The notes under the pieces: model-generated
Told to the model about the DNA's origin: nothing
What the model saw: the letters and a program-made list of their open reading frames with translations, nothing else
The model's database searches: none
Shown here: piece by piece, positions 35,157 through 44,372 of the stretch
How positions within the stretch are numbered: position 1 is the first letter of the stretch
Layout: every line of letters begins with the position of its first letter
Translations under genes and position numbers: made by a program
IMG/VR virus record: IMGVR_UViG_3300044733_003647
Coordinates: 1-64,000 of that record
Reading direction: 5' to 3' (one strand)
Source: a virus
DNA length: 64,000 nucleotides

Positions 35157-37564
35157 TATGCTCTACTCTTTCTTGAGTATGGTGAACTGTCATCGACAAC
35201 ATCTCTATTTTGTTGTTGTGTTGCGTTTCCAGCCACGGTGTTTTGTTGGTTTATGACGACTGTTTGTGCAGGATTTTGGCTTGCTACATCAGTACGTCTT
35301 AAATTTGGAGTTGTATCAAGATTTAAAGGTGGACTTAGTGTAGATACAGATTCTTGCATTCTTTGTGGAGTGATGTTTAATTCTTCTATTTGTTCTTTTA
35401 TATAAATTTGTTTTGCTATTAGAAATTGTGAGACAGTCTGTGTAGCCAATTCTTTATTGGCAGTCATACCTTGCGTTGGATCAATTTTAATTCGTCTTAA
35501 GTAAGCTTCTCTTACCGTTACATTAGGATTTTTTTGCGCTTCATCCATAATGGCTAAAAATCCTCTAGCACCCAAGTAATTCGCTTGCAACATCATTGCT
35601 GCGGTTATTGGCCCCGTATAACCTATTTTTGGCAATCCCGCTTGCAACGATTTATATATTCCGTTAGAATTTATTTCAGAAAATTTTTTCTGATTATCTA
35701 GTGAAAATTTATCAGTCCATTTAAATCCAGATTCAAACCATAAACCAGCCGGATAAGTTTTTCCGTTAAATGTTGAAGTTCCATCCAAATTATATCCAAA
35801 AATTGTAGCAGGCATAAATCCTGCTATACCGACAGCACCATATGGTCCCTTTTTTCCTTCTTTTTTTGAAATCATTGTTGTTCTATATTTCACGTATTGA
35901 AGAAGTTCAGCAAAAGTGAAATCTGTTAAATCTTTTCTTTTTCCCAAATTATTTTCAGACCATTCTTGGGGCCTATCACCATGTTCGTTTAATATTCTTC
36001 CTGTTCTTTCCATCACATATTTTCCATTTTTAGCAACAATTGGTTTGCCGTCTTTTCCAAGTTTTGGTCTTCTTTCATAATAATCACCATAAACTGCGTT
36101 TTCATTTCCTTCATGTTTTGAAATTATTGCTCTCAAATCTTCCGATGTAATTGCTAAACCACCACCAATAGAAAATAAACGACCACCACTTGGTGCTCCT
36201 GTACCAGGTCTAGGTACTGGTGTAGCAGTTTGACCTGGTCTCGCAGGCGGCGGCGCTGGTTGAGCTGTCGCCGGTTGATCAGGTTTTCTCTCAACTCTCT
36301 CAGCACTTTTTCTGGCAGATTCTTCTCTAGCTCTTCTATCAGCTTCCCTTTTCGCCGCCTCACCAGCTGCTCTTACACCCTTTTCTTCTTCAGTGGTTCT
36401 ATCATTTCTTCTTTTATCTGCTTCTTTTCTAGCCAACTCTTCTCTGGCTTTTCTAGCAGTTTCTTCTCTGGCTTTCCTATCAGCTTCTCTTTTTGCAGAT
36501 TCGTTAGCCGCTCTTACACCTTTTTCTTCTTCGGTGGTTCTATCATTTCTTCTTTTATCTGCTTCTCTGGCTATTCTAGCAGCTTCAGCAGCTTCTCTGG
36601 CTTTTCTAGCGGATTCTTCAGCTTCTCTGGCTCTTTTAGCAGCTTCAGCAGCTTCTCTGGCTTTTCTAGCGGATTCTTCAGCTTCTCTGGCTCTTTTAGC
36701 AGCTTCTTCCGCATCTTTAGCTCTCTTGGCAGCTTCAGCTGCCTCTCTGGCTCTTCTAGCAGCTTCTTCCGCATCTTTAGCTTTCTTGGCAGCTTCAGCT
36801 GCCTCTCTGGCTTCTCTGGCTATTCTAGCAGCTTCAGCAGCTTCTCTGGCTTTTTTAGCGGTTTCTTCTTGAGCTCTTCTAGCAGTTTCTTCTTGAGCTT
36901 TTCTAACAGCCTCCTCTCTGGCTTTTCTCTCAACTTCTTCTTTAGCCTTATTTTCAGCTTCTCTTTCTGCTTTTCTGAAAGCCTCTTTTCTAGCAGTTTC
37001 TTTTGCAGTCTCAGCTGCCTGTCTTCTTGCTGTTTCTTCTGCTGCCCTTCTCGCGGCTTGTTGTCTAGCAATTTCACCAGCACTTGGTCCACTTGGTGCA
37101 CCAGGGCTTGGAACTGGTGCCGGAGTTCCTGGTTTTGGACCACTTGGTGCACCAGGGCTTGGAACTGGTGCCGTAGCGCCTGGTTTTGGACCACTTGGTA
37201 CACTAGGTTTGGCTGGAACAGGAACTGGTTTGCGACCAGGTAAAGTTGGTAATCTAAACGGCTTTTTTGCTTTAGCTTTCTTTGGTGCAGGCTTTCTACG
37301 AACAGTCAGTGCCTTAACTATTTCAGCATGTCGTCTAGCTTGTTCAATGTCTTGCTCTTCAGCGTAATTTTTTCTTTTCTCATAATCAAGTCTGTTCAAA
37401 TTTTCTTTTTGAACCATCAATTTGTATATACCGCCAAGAACTTCAGAATCGGATGCGTTTTTACCAAGTAGTTCCGAATCTTTATTACTGCCGCGCAAAA
37501 GACTCAATAGACCACCCATCAAACTTTTGGTGGTCTTTTTTGTTGAATCGTTTATATCTGCCAT
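35156..37564 (-). CDS. Tape-measure-like protein with E/A/R/K repeats and C-terminal lysozyme-like domain
   Basis: Pro-rich repeats, long AEAAKRAREA repeats, then ISKHEG..LTDFTFAE..GAVGIAGFMPAT..FSLDNQ. Confidence 0.6.
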   Translation of the reverse strand: MADINDSTKKTTKSLMGGLLSLLRGSNKDSELLGKNASDSEVLGGIYKLMVQKENLNRLDYEKRKNYAEEQDIEQARRHAEIVKALTVRRKPAPKKAKAKKPFRLPTLPGRKPVPVPAKPSVPSGPKPGATAPVPSPGAPSGPKPGTPAPVPSPGAPSGPSAGEIARQQAARRAAEETARRQAAETAKETARKEAFRKAEREAENKAKEEVERKAREEAVRKAQEETARRAQEETAKKAREAAEAARIAREAREAAEAAKKAKDAEEAARRAREAAEAAKRAKDAEEAAKRAREAEESARKAREAAEAAKRAREAEESARKAREAAEAARIAREADKRRNDRTTEEEKGVRAANESAKREADRKAREETARKAREELARKEADKRRNDRTTEEEKGVRAAGEAAKREADRRAREESARKSAERVERKPDQPATAQPAPPPARPGQTATPVPRPGTGAPSGGRLFSIGGGLAITSEDLRAIISKHEGNENAVYGDYYERRPKLGKDGKPIVAKNGKYVMERTGRILNEHGDRPQEWSENNLGKRKDLTDFTFAELLQYVKYRTTMISKKEGKKGPYGAVGIAGFMPATIFGYNLDGTSTFNGKTYPAGLWFESGFKWTDKFSLDNQKKFSEINSNGIYKSLQAGLPKIGYTGPITAAMMLQANYLGARGFLAIMDEAQKNPNVTVREAYLRRIKIDPTQGMTANKELATQTVSQFLIAKQIYIKEQIEELNITPQRMQESVSTLSPPLNLDTTPNLRRTDVASQNPAQTVVINQQNTVAGNATQQQNRDVVDDSSPYSRKSRA
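36300..37200 (-). repeat. Intragenic tandem repeats (60-bp units, duplicated EADKRRNDRTTEEEKGVRAA block, 54-bp Pro-rich units)
   Basis: Lines 36601/36661 and 36721/36781 are near-identical; PVPSPGAPSGP recurs at 37080-37200. Confidence 0.9.
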
Positions 37565-37752
37565 TATTGTCTACTTCGTTCTTTTAGTTTTAGGTTTTCT
37601 TCTTCAAGATACTGTATTAATAATGTGATGTAGATATCCCTTTCCCAAGGTATCATACTCTCAAGCTCAGACAAACTATATTTGTGGTGTTGCATCAATG
37701 AGAAGTTTGTCTTGTAATAGTTCTTTAAATCATCATAACAAATTATAAGCCG
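37564..37752 (-). CDS. 51: gp51-like baseplate hub assembly chaperone, in the -1 frame of gp26
   Basis: Manual translation ..DDLKNYYKTNFSLMQHHKYSLSELESMIPWERDIYITLLIQYLEEEN; first ATG only at 37695 with no SD. Confidence 0.85.
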   Translation of the reverse strand, partial: RLIICYDDLKNYYKTNFSLMQHHKYSLSELESMIPWERDIYITLLIQYLEEENLKLKERSRQ

Positions 37753-38474
37753 AAAAAACTTTCGAGGCCCTCCACCTCTAAGCTGTGGTCAAAACCACAC
37801 TTTGAGCATGTTATTGCAATTTTCTTCTTCAATTTTGGAATATTGTTGAAGAAGTGTTCGACCCTATCAAATTGTTCTTGACTCATACTTTCAACGAATT
37901 CAAGCAACTCTTCTTTTGTTGTTTCTTTTGCATAATGAAACTGTTCACCATCATAGATGTGTTCAATCGAACTTGCGATCATATTAAATGTAACATCGGT
38001 GATATTGTCCATATCAATAGAATCTTTGATCAACCCAAATTGTGGATATTTCATCTTCACAACGATCTTATCATTGATTGCAATTTCTGGATCAACCACT
38101 TCCTCGGATTCTGGATATATCTCAGTCAAATTGATTTTCGACTCCATGATATTACCACATTCTTTCGTGTCAGTAACTTTATTGTTGCAACGATACTTTG
38201 ATTCCGAAATTTCACCAACAGACTTTGCTCTGAGGTTGATGAAATAATATTCAACATCAATAATTGGAAGTTCATCCAAATCAACACCTTCAGTCATTGT
38301 ACAAACATTCAGAATCTCTCTGATGTTGTGTTGAATAGTGTCCGCATCACCAGATTCCATTGCCATCAGAAGATTCTTTTGCTCTTTGACTAGGAATGGT
38401 CTGTATTTTATTTTCTTTTTTGAAAGTGGCAATTCAATTTCATATGTTGGCACTTCAAGTCTTGGTAAAGCCAT
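37743..38474 (-). CDS. 26: Baseplate hub assembly chaperone gp26
   Basis: MALP....PTY...LP, YRPFLVKE.K.L, LRAKSVGE and CxxC..EGLESFF. Confidence 0.9.
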   Translation of the reverse strand: MALPRLEVPTYEIELPLSKKKIKYRPFLVKEQKNLLMAMESGDADTIQHNIREILNVCTMTEGVDLDELPIIDVEYYFINLRAKSVGEISESKYRCNNKVTDTKECGNIMESKINLTEIYPESEEVVDPEIAINDKIVVKMKYPQFGLIKDSIDMDNITDVTFNMIASSIEHIYDGEQFHYAKETTKEELLEFVESMSQEQFDRVEHFFNNIPKLKKKIAITCSKCGFDHSLEVEGLESFFGL

Positions 38475-38491
38475 AGTAACTCCTTATAAAT

Positions 38492-39028
38492 TCAAACGAT
38501 AGTTTCCCATCTAGTATATGCAAATGTTGCATTCAGTTTATGATATCCATCAGAACTCCAGTCCAAGTCCATCTGATTGATTGAAATTGGATACGATTCA
38601 ATAAATCTCACTTCATGTGTAACTTTATCTGTAACATCATATTGTTTAACGGTGATATCGGTACAATATGTGTTTCTATAATTAAAGTTGTTGGTGGAAG
38701 AAGGATTGATAAGTTGCATCCATGCATCAAACAACTTCTTTTGTTTCATGTCGCTATCGACAATTAACGTTACATCAAGATCGTTGTATGTTGTAAGATA
38801 TGGAAACTTTTCAATTGGTCCATAGGTTCTCTGTTCGGTTGTTGCTAAAGTTCTTCCTGGTATCTGTGCATTCTCACATCTGAATGTCAATATTGCTTCA
38901 GAACTACCATAAATATCTACTTCTAGAGATGGAGGAAAATTGGGCAGAGGAAAAAATACCTGAAATCTATTAGGTCTAGCAAAATCGCTCCTAAAAGATG
39001 CGACTATTCTGTCAATTGATAATGACAT
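38492..39028 (-). CDS. Tail-tube-like baseplate protein (gp54/gp19 family)
   Basis: ARPNRF.V, CE...IPG, YPISI....L.W and F.Y..W. Confidence 0.75.
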   Translation of the reverse strand: MSLSIDRIVASFRSDFARPNRFQVFFPLPNFPPSLEVDIYGSSEAILTFRCENAQIPGRTLATTEQRTYGPIEKFPYLTTYNDLDVTLIVDSDMKQKKLFDAWMQLINPSSTNNFNYRNTYCTDITVKQYDVTDKVTHEVRFIESYPISINQMDLDWSSDGYHKLNATFAYTRWETIV

Positions 39029-39649
39029 TTATGAATTCCTTATTTCTTCGATAGAATCTTGCCAAACTGATTTGGCGGCTTGTTTTTTAAACTGGTGTAC
39101 TGGTAAATATGTGGCAACGTCCCACTCATCAGGTTGAACCGCCAGGATTCTGGATCTGACATGTGAGTACAAGTACTGTTTCACGCACGGCCTGAACTCC
39201 CTCAGTCGCCTGGTTGCGTCCAGTATGTCATAGGTTATGCGGATGCGTTTAATCTCATCATTCTCATCATAGATGGCTCTACCCATCAACTTACGCATGA
39301 ACAGGATTCGGTAATTAACCGGTAAATAATGCAGATTTAAACCTAAAAACCCGTCAGATTGCCTTTGGAGTGGCATCACCAGTGGAAATCTATCATAATA
39401 TGGCAATTCAACTTTGGTTTTGGGATCATATATGAAGAAATACAAGCCACCAAGTAAAAACTTCTGTCTATTTGATGGTGGTGTGTATCTAAACTTTTCC
39501 CTCGTCATTGGTGGGATGTATGCAGTTGGATTTCTGAGCTGCAACATCTTTTGTCTTAACCATGCAAAAGACTGGCGACTCATGTTCTGAACGCCAGCCG
39601 CAGATTTTTCTTCTGCTATTGTAGTGAGTATTGAAGGTTTTGTAGCCAT
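39029..39649 (-). CDS. 2: DNA end protector gp2
   Basis: YDPKTK..LPYYDRFPL, GFLGLNLHYLP and CVKQYL..HV; late-type CTAAATA upstream. Confidence 0.9.
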   Translation of the reverse strand: MATKPSILTTIAEEKSAAGVQNMSRQSFAWLRQKMLQLRNPTAYIPPMTREKFRYTPPSNRQKFLLGGLYFFIYDPKTKVELPYYDRFPLVMPLQRQSDGFLGLNLHYLPVNYRILFMRKLMGRAIYDENDEIKRIRITYDILDATRRLREFRPCVKQYLYSHVRSRILAVQPDEWDVATYLPVHQFKKQAAKSVWQDSIEEIRNS

Positions 39650-39660
39650 GTAATATTTAG

Positions 39661-40107
39661 TTAGAGTCCAAGGTGTTCTTCGGTGATGATTTTGAACTCC
39701 CAACCACGGTCCAAACAGTATTCGGTCGCGGCTTTCCATTTTGCCTGATTGACACCCCAAGTTGCAACTTCATTGATATACTGTTTCGTTACTCTTTTCT
39801 TGACTTCTGGCGCGTGTGTTTGTTTCTTTGGTTTGACTTCCAACATCATCGTTTTTTGTTTTCCGTCTTTTGTTCGCACCTTGACTAGAAAATCTGGAAA
39901 ATATCTGTGCCACTTTCCATCAACCGGCGATATATAAGGAACAATCATTTCCTCAGAAGCCCATGATATTATATCTGGATTTTTGTCGAGCCAGTTCATC
40001 ACCCTACATTCCCAAGATGAACGATAAACAATATTTGTGTGATCACCCACATATTTCCGTGGATTTCTGGGTCTAAACAGACCCTTGTAAGATGATTTGT
40101 ATGTCAT
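39661..40107 (-). CDS. 4: Head completion nuclease gp4
   Basis: P.NP.KY.GD...I.YRSSWE, RYFPDF, EVKPKKQT and NQAKWKAA. Confidence 0.92.
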   Translation of the reverse strand: MTYKSSYKGLFRPRNPRKYVGDHTNIVYRSSWECRVMNWLDKNPDIISWASEEMIVPYISPVDGKWHRYFPDFLVKVRTKDGKQKTMMLEVKPKKQTHAPEVKKRVTKQYINEVATWGVNQAKWKAATEYCLDRGWEFKIITEEHLGL

Positions 40108-40114
40108 ATAAATA
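40107..40114 (+). promoter_or_regulatory. T4-type late promoter
   Basis: TATAAATA upstream of gp48. Confidence 0.75.
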
Positions 40115-40153
40115 TTATGTATGCACTCTGCAAACAAGAAAATAAGGTATTAA

Positions 40154-41143
40154 ATGGCAACAGCAAATACAGCCACTCAAACTGTTTACAACGAAATTAC
40201 ACAGCAAGTTTTTGACCCTTCGGCTGGTCCTGCTGCCGACCTGTATAAATCAAAGTATACAGTTTCTTCAAATTATTCATTATCTTATCCCAAAGATTTG
40301 GAAAGTTCAAGAAAAGGGCATGCTGTTTATTTTGATATATATGAAATTAATCCTGTTTCTTTGGCAGAAACACTAAAGCCTTTTGGTATAAATTTGAATG
40401 CACCAGCAACCACAACTGTTAATGATGAAAGTGGTGGGCATAGTGTTACCAATCCCAATGAAGTTACTTCTCAAGGTTTGATAGCTGGTACTAAAAGTTT
40501 TTTTCAAAGTGTGATTAGCCCAACCGCGGTTAACATTTCTCCCAGAACTAAAGATAATGCAGTTGCAACCATTGCATTGTATATGCCGGAAACAATGAAT
40601 TTTACTTATGATGCGACATATAATAGTTTAAGTTTGTCTTCGGCTATAAATTCTACACCCATAACCAGTCTTGGTGGATTGACAAATGCTATAACATCGA
40701 TAGCGGAAAATTCAGCCGTTAAACTAGCAATGAGTGCTGCAGGATATGTTTTCAATCCACAACAACAAGTGTTGTTTGAGGGCATAGATTTTAGACCATA
40801 TGACATGACATTTACTTTTACACCAAGTTCACCTGAAGAAACCAGAAGTGTGAATGCTATCATAAAAACACTTCGTTATCATGCTGCACCACAAATAGGT
40901 GGCGTAGGAGGATTCTTCTTCATACCACCATCAGTTTTTAATGTTTCTTTCCGTTATAATGGAAAAGTAAATCCAAATATAAATCTTTTAAAAAGAAGTG
41001 TTTTGAAAAACGTAAACGTAAATTATGCACCAAACGGATGGGCAGCTTTCGAGGGCAACGGCGCACCAGTTCAAACAGTTGTGTCACTTCAATTTCAAGA
41101 AATCGTTCTTGTCGATAAGACTCAGATCAACCAAGGATTTTAA
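40154..41143 (+). CDS. 48: Baseplate tail-tube cap gp48
   Basis: LYMP, NP....LF.G..FR...F.F.P.S..E and VNY.PNG..LQFQE. Confidence 0.85.
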   Translation: MATANTATQTVYNEITQQVFDPSAGPAADLYKSKYTVSSNYSLSYPKDLESSRKGHAVYFDIYEINPVSLAETLKPFGINLNAPATTTVNDESGGHSVTNPNEVTSQGLIAGTKSFFQSVISPTAVNISPRTKDNAVATIALYMPETMNFTYDATYNSLSLSSAINSTPITSLGGLTNAITSIAENSAVKLAMSAAGYVFNPQQQVLFEGIDFRPYDMTFTFTPSSPEETRSVNAIIKTLRYHAAPQIGGVGGFFFIPPSVFNVSFRYNGKVNPNINLLKRSVLKNVNVNYAPNGWAAFEGNGAPVQTVVSLQFQEIVLVDKTQINQGF

Positions 41144-41742
41144 TGAGTTACTTTACAAAATATCCAAAAGTAGTCACAACTCAGAAAGATGGCACAAGAA
41201 GTGTCATGGTGAATTTGCTGGCTAGAAGTAGCATTATACAAACTCTATTGGATAATCCACTTCTATTCTATAGTTATGATGTACAAGATGGTGAAACACC
41301 AGAAATGATTGCACATAGATATTATAATGATTCCTATTTTTACTGGTTAATTCTTTATGCAAATCAAATAAGTGATCCACAATGGGGTTGGCCACTAGAT
41401 CGTGCTTCTTTCGAAAGATACATTGTTGACAAATACACAACACAAAATCCATATTCAACAGTACACCATTACGAAAAAATTATTTCACAATATGAATCAT
41501 CAACAAGAACCACGACAGAAAAAAAGGTAACGATTGATGAAGATACTTATAATGGTTTGATACCATCGAAAACCGTTTATCAATTTCCAACAAGTACAAC
41601 CACGATAACAATTTCGAAAGCAGCGATAACAATGTATCAATATGAGTTGGATTTCAATGAATCGAAAAGAAACATAAAAGTCATAAAGAAAGAATTTGCA
41701 CAAACTATTAATTCGCAATTTGAAACACTAATGTCTGAATAA
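41143..41742 (+). CDS. 53: Baseplate wedge gp53
   Basis: YF..YP, DGETPE.IA..YY, W.IL..N..DP...WP, HHYE and NE.KR.I. Confidence 0.88.
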   Translation: MSYFTKYPKVVTTQKDGTRSVMVNLLARSSIIQTLLDNPLLFYSYDVQDGETPEMIAHRYYNDSYFYWLILYANQISDPQWGWPLDRASFERYIVDKYTTQNPYSTVHHYEKIISQYESSTRTTTEKKVTIDEDTYNGLIPSKTVYQFPTSTTTITISKAAITMYQYELDFNESKRNIKVIKKEFAQTINSQFETLMSE

Positions 41743-41743
41743 A

Positions 41744-43087
41744 ATGATTGATACTCCAAAAAACGTAGCTTACTATCCTCAAAGTGCGAGTGTAGATGAA
41801 TTAAGGATCTTTGCATCAACTGGTGAGTTTGATGTAACTAAGCTTTTTACAGAACTGTGTTTTTTCGAGGACATGTACAGCTTTGTTGTTTCTGGTTATG
41901 TTATCATACGTGATGGTGTTGGTTTGGTGGAAAAGTTTCAGTTGTCTGGTAAAGAAGAGATTCAAATCAGTTTTGGTCAAGTAAAAGGTGGGTCAGAAAA
42001 TATTGGTAAGTTGCCTGGAAATTTAAAAAAATATAGAATTTATTCTATACCAGATAGAAAACCGGTTGGAAATCAATCAAGTGAATATCTAAAAATATAT
42101 TTTTGTTCAAAAGAATTATTCGATTCTGAACAAACAAAAGTGGTGAAATCTTACAAAGGTAAGGCAATACATCAAATTATAACCGATATTCTTTTAACAC
42201 AATTGAAAGTTGATCCCAAAAGATTAGACTTACAAAATTTTGAAAAAACAGTTGGTGTTTATGATTTTATAATTCCAACACTTCGACCATTTGAGGCAAT
42301 AAGTTGGATGTGTACATATGCGAAACCACTAAAGAATGGTGGGCAAACTGCCGATATGTTGTTCTTTGAAACAAAAGATGGTTTTCAGTTTAGATCAATT
42401 TCTAGTATTTACAAAGATCAACCATACAAGACATACACATATAATATTAAAAACATTGAAAGTCAAACTTTTGAACAAAAGGCAACCTCTGTATTGGATT
42501 ACCAATTTGTCAAAGATTTTGATAGTTTGAATGAGATTAATTCTGGCACATTTGTAAACAGAGTTATGTTTTTTGATCCTTTAAATAGATCAATTAATTT
42601 TACAGATTTTGATTATACAAAATATACTGGTACAAGACTGAATAAAGGTTCACCAACAGATGTATCAGAATACACTGATTCAAGAGATACCAATTATTCG
42701 TCAGTCTTAAAATTGGTTGTGTCGAATTCAAATCAAAAATTGAAACCAACATTTCAAAACTTAGATGCTTTCCAAAAGAATTTGTCACCAGATGTTTTTA
42801 TTCAGGAAACTGTGAGAAACAGAACCGCACAACTGGCCTTAGCAAACTATACAATCCTAAAGATTAGAGTACCAGGCGACACAGGTTTAACAGCAGGTTC
42901 AGTTATCAATTTTAATCTGCCAGCTTTAGACTATAAAAGTGGTAGAAAAGAATTTGATAAATTTTATTCTGGTAAATATTTGGTGACAGCTGTGAGACAC
43001 ATAGTTCAATCACAAGGTGTGTTTCAAACTATTTTAGAAATAACTAGAGATAGTTCACCGGGAACATACGTTGATATACGTAGTTGA
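41744..43087 (+). CDS. Baseplate hub protein (gp27-like)
   Basis: IP..RPF.AI, FFET..GF.F.S, VPGD..L.AG and SGKYLV.AVRH; lies between gp53 and gp5. Confidence 0.75.
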   Translation: MIDTPKNVAYYPQSASVDELRIFASTGEFDVTKLFTELCFFEDMYSFVVSGYVIIRDGVGLVEKFQLSGKEEIQISFGQVKGGSENIGKLPGNLKKYRIYSIPDRKPVGNQSSEYLKIYFCSKELFDSEQTKVVKSYKGKAIHQIITDILLTQLKVDPKRLDLQNFEKTVGVYDFIIPTLRPFEAISWMCTYAKPLKNGGQTADMLFFETKDGFQFRSISSIYKDQPYKTYTYNIKNIESQTFEQKATSVLDYQFVKDFDSLNEINSGTFVNRVMFFDPLNRSINFTDFDYTKYTGTRLNKGSPTDVSEYTDSRDTNYSSVLKLVVSNSNQKLKPTFQNLDAFQKNLSPDVFIQETVRNRTAQLALANYTILKIRVPGDTGLTAGSVINFNLPALDYKSGRKEFDKFYSGKYLVTAVRHIVQSQGVFQTILEITRDSSPGTYVDIRS

Positions 43088-43102
43088 TGGAGCAAAATTG
43101 AA

Positions 43103-43450
43103 ATGACAAATTTTTTAGGTAAAGATGGATTAATTTGGTGGGTTGGAACTGTTGAAAATAGAATGGATCCTCTTGGTTTGGGCCGTTGTCAAGTTCGAAT
43201 TTTTGGTTGGCACTATGATGGCAGTAAAGATTCACAACAAAAAATACCAGTAACTGATTTACCATGGGCTTTACCAATATTACCATGCAATAATCCAAAG
43301 TCCTTTTCTTCGCCAGAATTAAATGATTGGGTGGTTGGTTTCTTCTTTGATGGTCTGGCCGGCCAGTTTCCTGTGATGTTTGGTGTTATCCCTGGTTTTG
43401 TACCCACAGCAGAAGATAAAAATATTGGCGGAAACGATTATTTCATTTGA
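43103..43450 (+). CDS. 5: gp5 N-terminal OB-fold as a stand-alone gene
   Basis: WWVG.VE.R.DP..LGRCQVR.FG.H, LPWA and WVVGFF.DG...Q.P.M.G. Confidence 0.85.
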   Translation: MTNFLGKDGLIWWVGTVENRMDPLGLGRCQVRIFGWHYDGSKDSQQKIPVTDLPWALPILPCNNPKSFSSPELNDWVVGFFFDGLAGQFPVMFGVIPGFVPTAEDKNIGGNDYFI

Positions 43451-43457
43451 GGTATAA

Positions 43458-44366
43458 ATGGCAACAGAAAAAAAACCAACAACAGTCAATATAGGCGGTT
43501 TTGACTTAATAAACTTCAAAATCACGGAAACATTTCCACCCAACTCAACGTTTTCCCGTATGTTTGCGAAACCTGGTGTGCAAACGACACCGGCTTTGGC
43601 TAGAGGTTATGTTCCGGGATCAGCAATTGATCTTATGAATAAGAACTTGACACACGTATGTGATTTCAGATTCATTTTTAATATTGATATTTTTGCGTCT
43701 TTGGGTTTGGTCAATCCAATTGCTGCAATACAACGTGCAATTCGTAATGCCAAATTGAAAGCAGCAATCCGCATGAGAGATTTGTTACAGAAAGCGATTG
43801 AAGTTGTCAAAAAAATAATGAAGGCGATAACAACGGCACTAAATTTCGATCCTTCTGGACAAATCTCTTTGGTCGTTGATTTTGCAAAAGATGCGATCAG
43901 AAGAGTAAATCAAGCTATCGAAGATGTGGCCGATGCGATTGAAAGTGTTTTGCAATGGGTATTTTTTGCACAACAAATTATTGAATTGATAAACTGGATT
44001 AGAAGTCTACCAGAAAAAATTAAAAATTTATTGCTTGCATGTATTGCAAACTTTACTAGTTCTCTGCAACAGGCAGTTCAAAGCTTACAGTCCATTCCTA
44101 GTCAGATTGAAAATGCAACTGTCGGCCAAGCAAGACGAATTGCTGATCAATTTGTTGGTGCAGTAAAGGAAGTTGAAGATGCCACAAGAATTGAATTTAA
44201 TAACGATTCACAAAATTATTCTCCGGAACTTCTGTCTTTAATAAACGATCCATCAGAAAATAGTGCTAATAATTTCATAACATATATAAATCAAAATACA
44301 CCGAATGCGAATGCTGCGTTTGCAAATACAACCGGAGCACTAATGGAACAATCATCTTCACCCTAA
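43458..44366 (+). CDS. Helical protein in the gp5 middle position
   Basis: TTPALARG linker-like motif followed by long amphipathic helices. Confidence 0.6.
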   Translation: MATEKKPTTVNIGGFDLINFKITETFPPNSTFSRMFAKPGVQTTPALARGYVPGSAIDLMNKNLTHVCDFRFIFNIDIFASLGLVNPIAAIQRAIRNAKLKAAIRMRDLLQKAIEVVKKIMKAITTALNFDPSGQISLVVDFAKDAIRRVNQAIEDVADAIESVLQWVFFAQQIIELINWIRSLPEKIKNLLLACIANFTSSLQQAVQSLQSIPSQIENATVGQARRIADQFVGAVKEVEDATRIEFNNDSQNYSPELLSLINDPSENSANNFITYINQNTPNANAAFANTTGALMEQSSSP

Positions 44367-44372
44367 TAAATT

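Noticed and set aside
36230-37243. Ser/Phe-rich 337-aa ORF and Ala/Leu-rich 159-aa ORF on +
   Set aside because: They are antisense read-outs of the E/A/R/K repeats of the minus-strand gene.
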